Shown: in pieces, positions 60,101-64,000 of the stretch
Numbering within the stretch: the stretch's first letter is position 1
Layout: each line of letters starts with the position of its first letter
Assembly: GCA_002269645.1 (NCBI GenBank)
Contig: NIVC01000169.1
Span: 434,001-498,000, forward strand
Source: Macrostomum lignano
Lineage: Eukaryota
Direction of reading: 5' to 3'
DNA length: 64,000 nt
Made by a program: the position numbers and the translations under genes
Notes under the pieces: model-generated
Database searches by the model: none
Told to the model about the DNA's origin: nothing
What the model saw: the letters and a program-made list of their open reading frames with translations, nothing else

Positions 60101-63100
60101 CTGATGCTCAACAACTGGAAACAATGAAGGATCGACTCAAGGATGCAACTGAAGAGATTTCGAGCTTGACAGAATCCAAGCAGCTCGATGCTGATCAGTA
60201 CCAGCAACAGATAGAAAGAATGAAGGCTGAGCTCAAAGATTCAGCCGAGCAGATTGCTAGTCTGACAGAGTCAAAACAGTGTGATGCTCAACAGATACAT
60301 ACAATGAAGGCTGAGCTCAAGGATGCAGCCGAACAGATTGCTAGCCTTACTGACTCCAAGCAGCTGGATGCGGAACAGTACAATCAACACCTGGAAACAA
60401 TACAAGCGCAGCTCAAGGAATCAGTTGAAGAGGCTCGAGTGCTGAGTGCTGCTCATATGCAAGAGCAGAAAAACCGACAGATGCTGGAGAATCAAGCAAA
60501 GACTCGTGAGAGAGACTTAATTAATGAAATTGATAAAAAGTCCAGCGAGATAGTGAGGCTGAAAGTGCAAATTCGAGAGAAAAATTTTGCTATTCAGAGT
60601 GCGACTCAACGATGCGACGGATTTTTAAAACAGGTAAAAATTTTGGAATCGAAATGTCTTGAACTGAAATCTCTGATTGATGCTCAGTTAGAATTCAGCA
60701 AAGAGTTCAAGGACATCATTGACGAACATAGGACAGCTAAAGATCGGATGCAAGGCGATCTCGAGTCAGAACTTAAAGCTTGCGGCGTTGAAATAGACTT
60801 CCTTCGTGCTGAGAATCTGTCGCTGACTGACAAGATCGATCAAGAGACGGTACAGCGAATCGCTGTAGAAAAACAGCTTCAAGCCGAAAAGCTTTCAACA
60901 AGTGATCTGACAAAGGAGCTGAATGCGAGTGCTATTCAAGTTGCTGAGCTATCAAAGCAACTGAGCAGTGTTATGCAGCTGAAAGCTACCGAAATCGATT
61001 GTCGAAAGGCTGCTGAAGAACAGTTGGAAGCTGAGCGATGCAAACTGGCAGAAGCGATGACAAAATTAAAGAAATTCAATGAAACTGCCGAATCTCTGAG
61101 TGCTCAAGTCGATCGACAAAAGTCGGTGGAGCCTCGGGTTACTGCAGAAACGCACACACAGACTAGCTTCGTCGGGACAGCAGCCGATGTAGAGCAAAAT
61201 CCCGCGGCTGATACTGCTCATCAATTAAAGACGCTATTGTTGCATCTGGAAGAAAAAAGCTGCCAAATTCGGTCTTTGAAGAGCCAAGTTGAGCTAATGA
61301 ATTCAGAGAAGCTCAATATCCTGCAGGCATTTGAAAGTATCGCGAAGGAATTAAAGGACAAAAGACTAGAAGTTGAAGTTCTCTTAGCCAAAGTGGACAA
61401 TCTGAAGGCTAGGAGTGCGTACTGCTGTCACCAGGTTTATGCACGGCAAGCAAATGCAGATCAATTGAACGCAAGCCTGCGTCGCATTCGAGGGCCATTT
61501 CGGCCAGCTTGCAGCAGCGCATTCTTGCCAGATGTACCGGGCGATAATTCGCCTCTGCTAGATGCCGCAACCAGGCATACAATTGAACGACGCATTACCT
61601 ACTTAGAAGCCACAAGCGAACAGCTGGGCCAACCTTCGAGATTAACTCAACTGCTCGGCTCCTCCAACTCCGGCCAAGTCAGCATCGGAGAGAGTCACGA
61701 CAATGGAAGGCAATGAGGCCTCGTTGAATGCATCCGAAATCGGATTTTTTGTGCAACTCGATGATTGATGGCGAGGACACACGGTTTGTGCAAAACGAAC
61801 AGCTGCCTACTATGAAGACCTTTTCATGTATAACGCACAGTGTCGCTTCGTACGTATTCTTCTTTCCTCTATTGTCTTCTAATTTCCTCTATTGTACAGT
61901 AAAATAGCCACTACCTTTTCATATATATTGCAATCAGCTACTAAGCAGATGAAGAGAACCGGTCAAACCTCAGTTTTGTGGTCTGGATTGATTTTCGACT
62001 TTCTACGAGTATTTATAGCTAAGCGAAATTTTTCACTGATTGACTAAACGCTCTACAAAATTTTAAATCTTTAGCTCTAACAAACAAATCTGTTCAAAAT
62101 AGATATCTTTCAGAAATGCAAATTTATATTTTTTGTTTGCTTTTTTATCAAAAAGAGGGTAAAGTTCGGGAAGACAACTGAATTGGGGTAAAATTCGGGA
62201 AGAGAACTGAGTAGGTGGTAAAGTTCGGGAAGAGAACTGAGTAGGTGGTAAATCCGGGAAGAGAACTGAGTAGGTGGTAAAGTTCGGGAAGAGAACTGAG
62301 TAGGTGGTAAATCCGGGAAGAGAACTGAGTAGGTGGTAAAGTTCGGGAAGAGAACTGAGTAGGTGGTAAAGTTCGGGAAGAGAACTGAGTAGGTGGTAAA
62401 GTTCGGGAAGAGAACTGAGTAGGTGGTAAACTTCGGGAAGAGAACTGAGTAGGTGGTAAATCCGGGAAGAGAACTGAGTAGGTGGTAAACTTCGGGAAGA
62501 GAACTGAGTAGGTGGTAAACTTCGGGAAGAGAACTGAGTAGGTGGTAAATCCGGGAAGAGAACTGAGTAGGTGGTAAATCCGGGAAGAGAACTGAGTAGG
62601 TGGTAAACTTCGGGAAGAGAACTGAGTAGGTGGTAAAGTTCGGGAAGAGAACTGAGTAGGTGGTAAAGTTCGGGAAGAGAACTGAGTAGGTGGTAAAGTT
62701 CGGGAAGAGAACTGAGTAGGTGGTAAACTTCGGGAAGAGAACTGAGTAGGTGGTAAACTTCGGGAAGAGAACTGAGTAGGTGGTAAACTTCGGGAAGAGA
62801 ACTGAGTAGGTGGTAAATCCGGGAAGAGAACTGAGTAGGTGGTAAATCCGGGAAGAGAACTGAGTAGGTGGTAAACTTCGGGAAGAGAACTGAGTAGGTG
62901 GTAAACTACGGGAAGAGAACTGAGTAGGTGGTAAAGTTCGGGAAGAGAACTGAGTAGGTGGTAAAGTTCGGGAAGAGAACTGAGTAGGTGGTAAAGTTCG
63001 GGAAGAGAACTGAGTAGGTAGTAAAATTCGGGAAGAGCGGCAGAGAAGAGCTTGAGAATGTTACACAGTCGAGAATTACAACTACGCAGCATCTCGCTAT

Positions 63101-63515
63101 CCTGCAATATTGTCAACAGTGAAAAGAATCTATATATATACGGAAGCCTCACCCAGCGGTTTTGACCTGACTCCAGAAGCGGGTCGTGACGTAAGCAAAT
63201 AGGCAGTTACGACTAGCCAATGGCTGGAATACCTCTTGTTCCATCTGAACGCACTCGTTGCACTGAGAGGACAGATCGAAGCTGCAAGGAATAGATTTAT
63301 AGATTATTAATGCATGCATAAGGCGCAGTTGTTAATATTTTGTAAAAACTCAAAACTTAGAACGTATGGAGCAGAGTTTCTCACGTGAAATGTGCATCTT
63401 TGTGCACTTTAACGGCCGATTTTAAGTATTGAAAAATGCTGGGGCTGAGTATGTACACGCCGCAATTGATCATTGTGCTGACAAATGTGGCCGGCTTCTC
63501 TACATAGTGCATTAT
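51173..63515 (-). CDS. GMPPA: Mannose-1-phosphate guanyltransferase alpha, 3' part (5' exons outside the window)
   Basis: Exons 63515..63385 ([17 protein letters not shown]), 63281..63153 (FWSQVKTAG), 52291..51876 ([31 protein letters not shown]) and 51273..51173 ([20 protein letters not shown]); phases 2, 2, 1. Confidence 0.93.
51362..51722. repeat. 25-bp minisatellite in the last GMPPA intron
   Basis: GAGGTGGTTGGAGGGGATGGCCGGG units. Confidence 0.95.
52624..53082. mobile_element. MITE with >130-bp TIRs and 8-bp TSD (P-element-like CATGG termini)
   Basis: Long near-perfect inverted repeats CATGGATGAAGGAATAG...; flanks AATCAACC / AATCAACT. Confidence 0.85.
53437..54490. repeat. 78-bp minisatellite in the large GMPPA intron
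   Basis: AGAACCTCTAGAGTAGGCATTAAGAAATGATATTATTGTATATTATTGTATTGAAGCTCT... about 13 units. Confidence 0.96.
55139..61716 (+). CDS. Uncharacterised ~1565-aa coiled-coil protein with ~32-aa tandem repeats, nested antisense in a GMPPA intron
   Basis: Exons 55139..55282, 56834..56919 and 57249..61716 join in phase (0, 2) with GTGAGT donors. The 1492-codon ORF is E/Q/K/L rich and has long non-repetitive flanks. Confidence 0.78.
55700..56600. repeat. Highly degenerate ~31-bp minisatellite (TGAGATGTCAAGGCTCATGGG..)
   Basis: Recurring gatgtcaag(g/a)ctcatggg motif in intron 1 of the nested gene. Confidence 0.75.
62170..63045. repeat. 29/30-bp minisatellite near the 5' end of the large GMPPA intron
   Basis: CGGGAAGAGAACTGAGTAGGTGGTAAAGTT units. 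Confidence 0.96.
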
Positions 63516-63704
63516 CTGAATAGGAGTTTCATTGTTAGATATATGGTATATAGACACCTGACTTGAATTCAAATCAAGGTGAAAATGTTGATGAGGATCA
63601 GTGCTGTATTGTTGAGCTTTTCAAAAGTACCCAAGCCTATGGGTTTCTCCTTAATGGTTATTCTGACGGATCTACGGGATCTTATAAGAACGGGGTACAG
63701 AAGA

Positions 63705-64000
63705 GAGTAGGGGAGAGCGGTAGAGAAGAGAGCAGGGGAGAGCGGTAGAGAAGAGAGCAGGGGAGAGCGGTAGAGAAGAGAGCATGGGAGAGCGGTAGAG
63801 AAGAGAGCAGGGAAGAGCGGTAGAGAAGAGAGCAGAGGAGAGCGGTAGAGAAGAGAGCAGGGAAGAGCGGTAGAGAAGAGAGCAGAGGAGAGCGGTAGAA
63901 AAGAGAGCAGGGGAGAGCGGTAGAGAAGAGAGCAGGGGAGAGCGGTAGAAAAGAGAGCAGGGGAGAGCGGTAGAGAAGAGAGCATGGAGAGCGGTAGAGA
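63705..64000. repeat. 24-bp minisatellite (GAGAGCGGTAGAGAAGAGAGCAGG), runs off the window
   Basis: Direct reading; lies in an upstream GMPPA intron. Confidence 0.95.

Overview
Eukaryotic animal genomic DNA with spliceosomal GT-AG introns. The gene style, the minisatellite-packed introns and a spliced-leader-like motif point to a flatworm, probably Macrostomum; this is inferred, not proven. Six genes lie head-to-tail on the minus strand: ATXN3, MRPS14, an S9 peptidase, a TRIM-PHD (TIF1-like) gene, IMP3 and DAXX. A peptide-GPCR exon lies further downstream. CTH is transcribed divergently from ATXN3. A second minus-strand pair, GMPPA then PAAF1, follows, and a large coiled-coil gene is nested antisense inside a 10.9 kb GMPPA intron. 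About 35 different tandem arrays fill most introns and intergenic gaps. There are also several MITEs and a tRNA-derived SINE. Strongest signals: (1) a genomic copy of what looks like the flatworm spliced-leader (SL) 3' end supplies the first ATG of the S9 peptidase, suggesting a recycled mRNA; (2) PAAF1 has no usable ATG and starts at a phase-0 acceptor, as expected if the SL donates the AUG within an operon; (3) each intron carries its own minisatellite, usually pyrimidine-rich on the sense strand and often mimicking a 3' splice site. Exon coordinates were derived by hand from splice consensus, phase and recalled homology; no searches were run.
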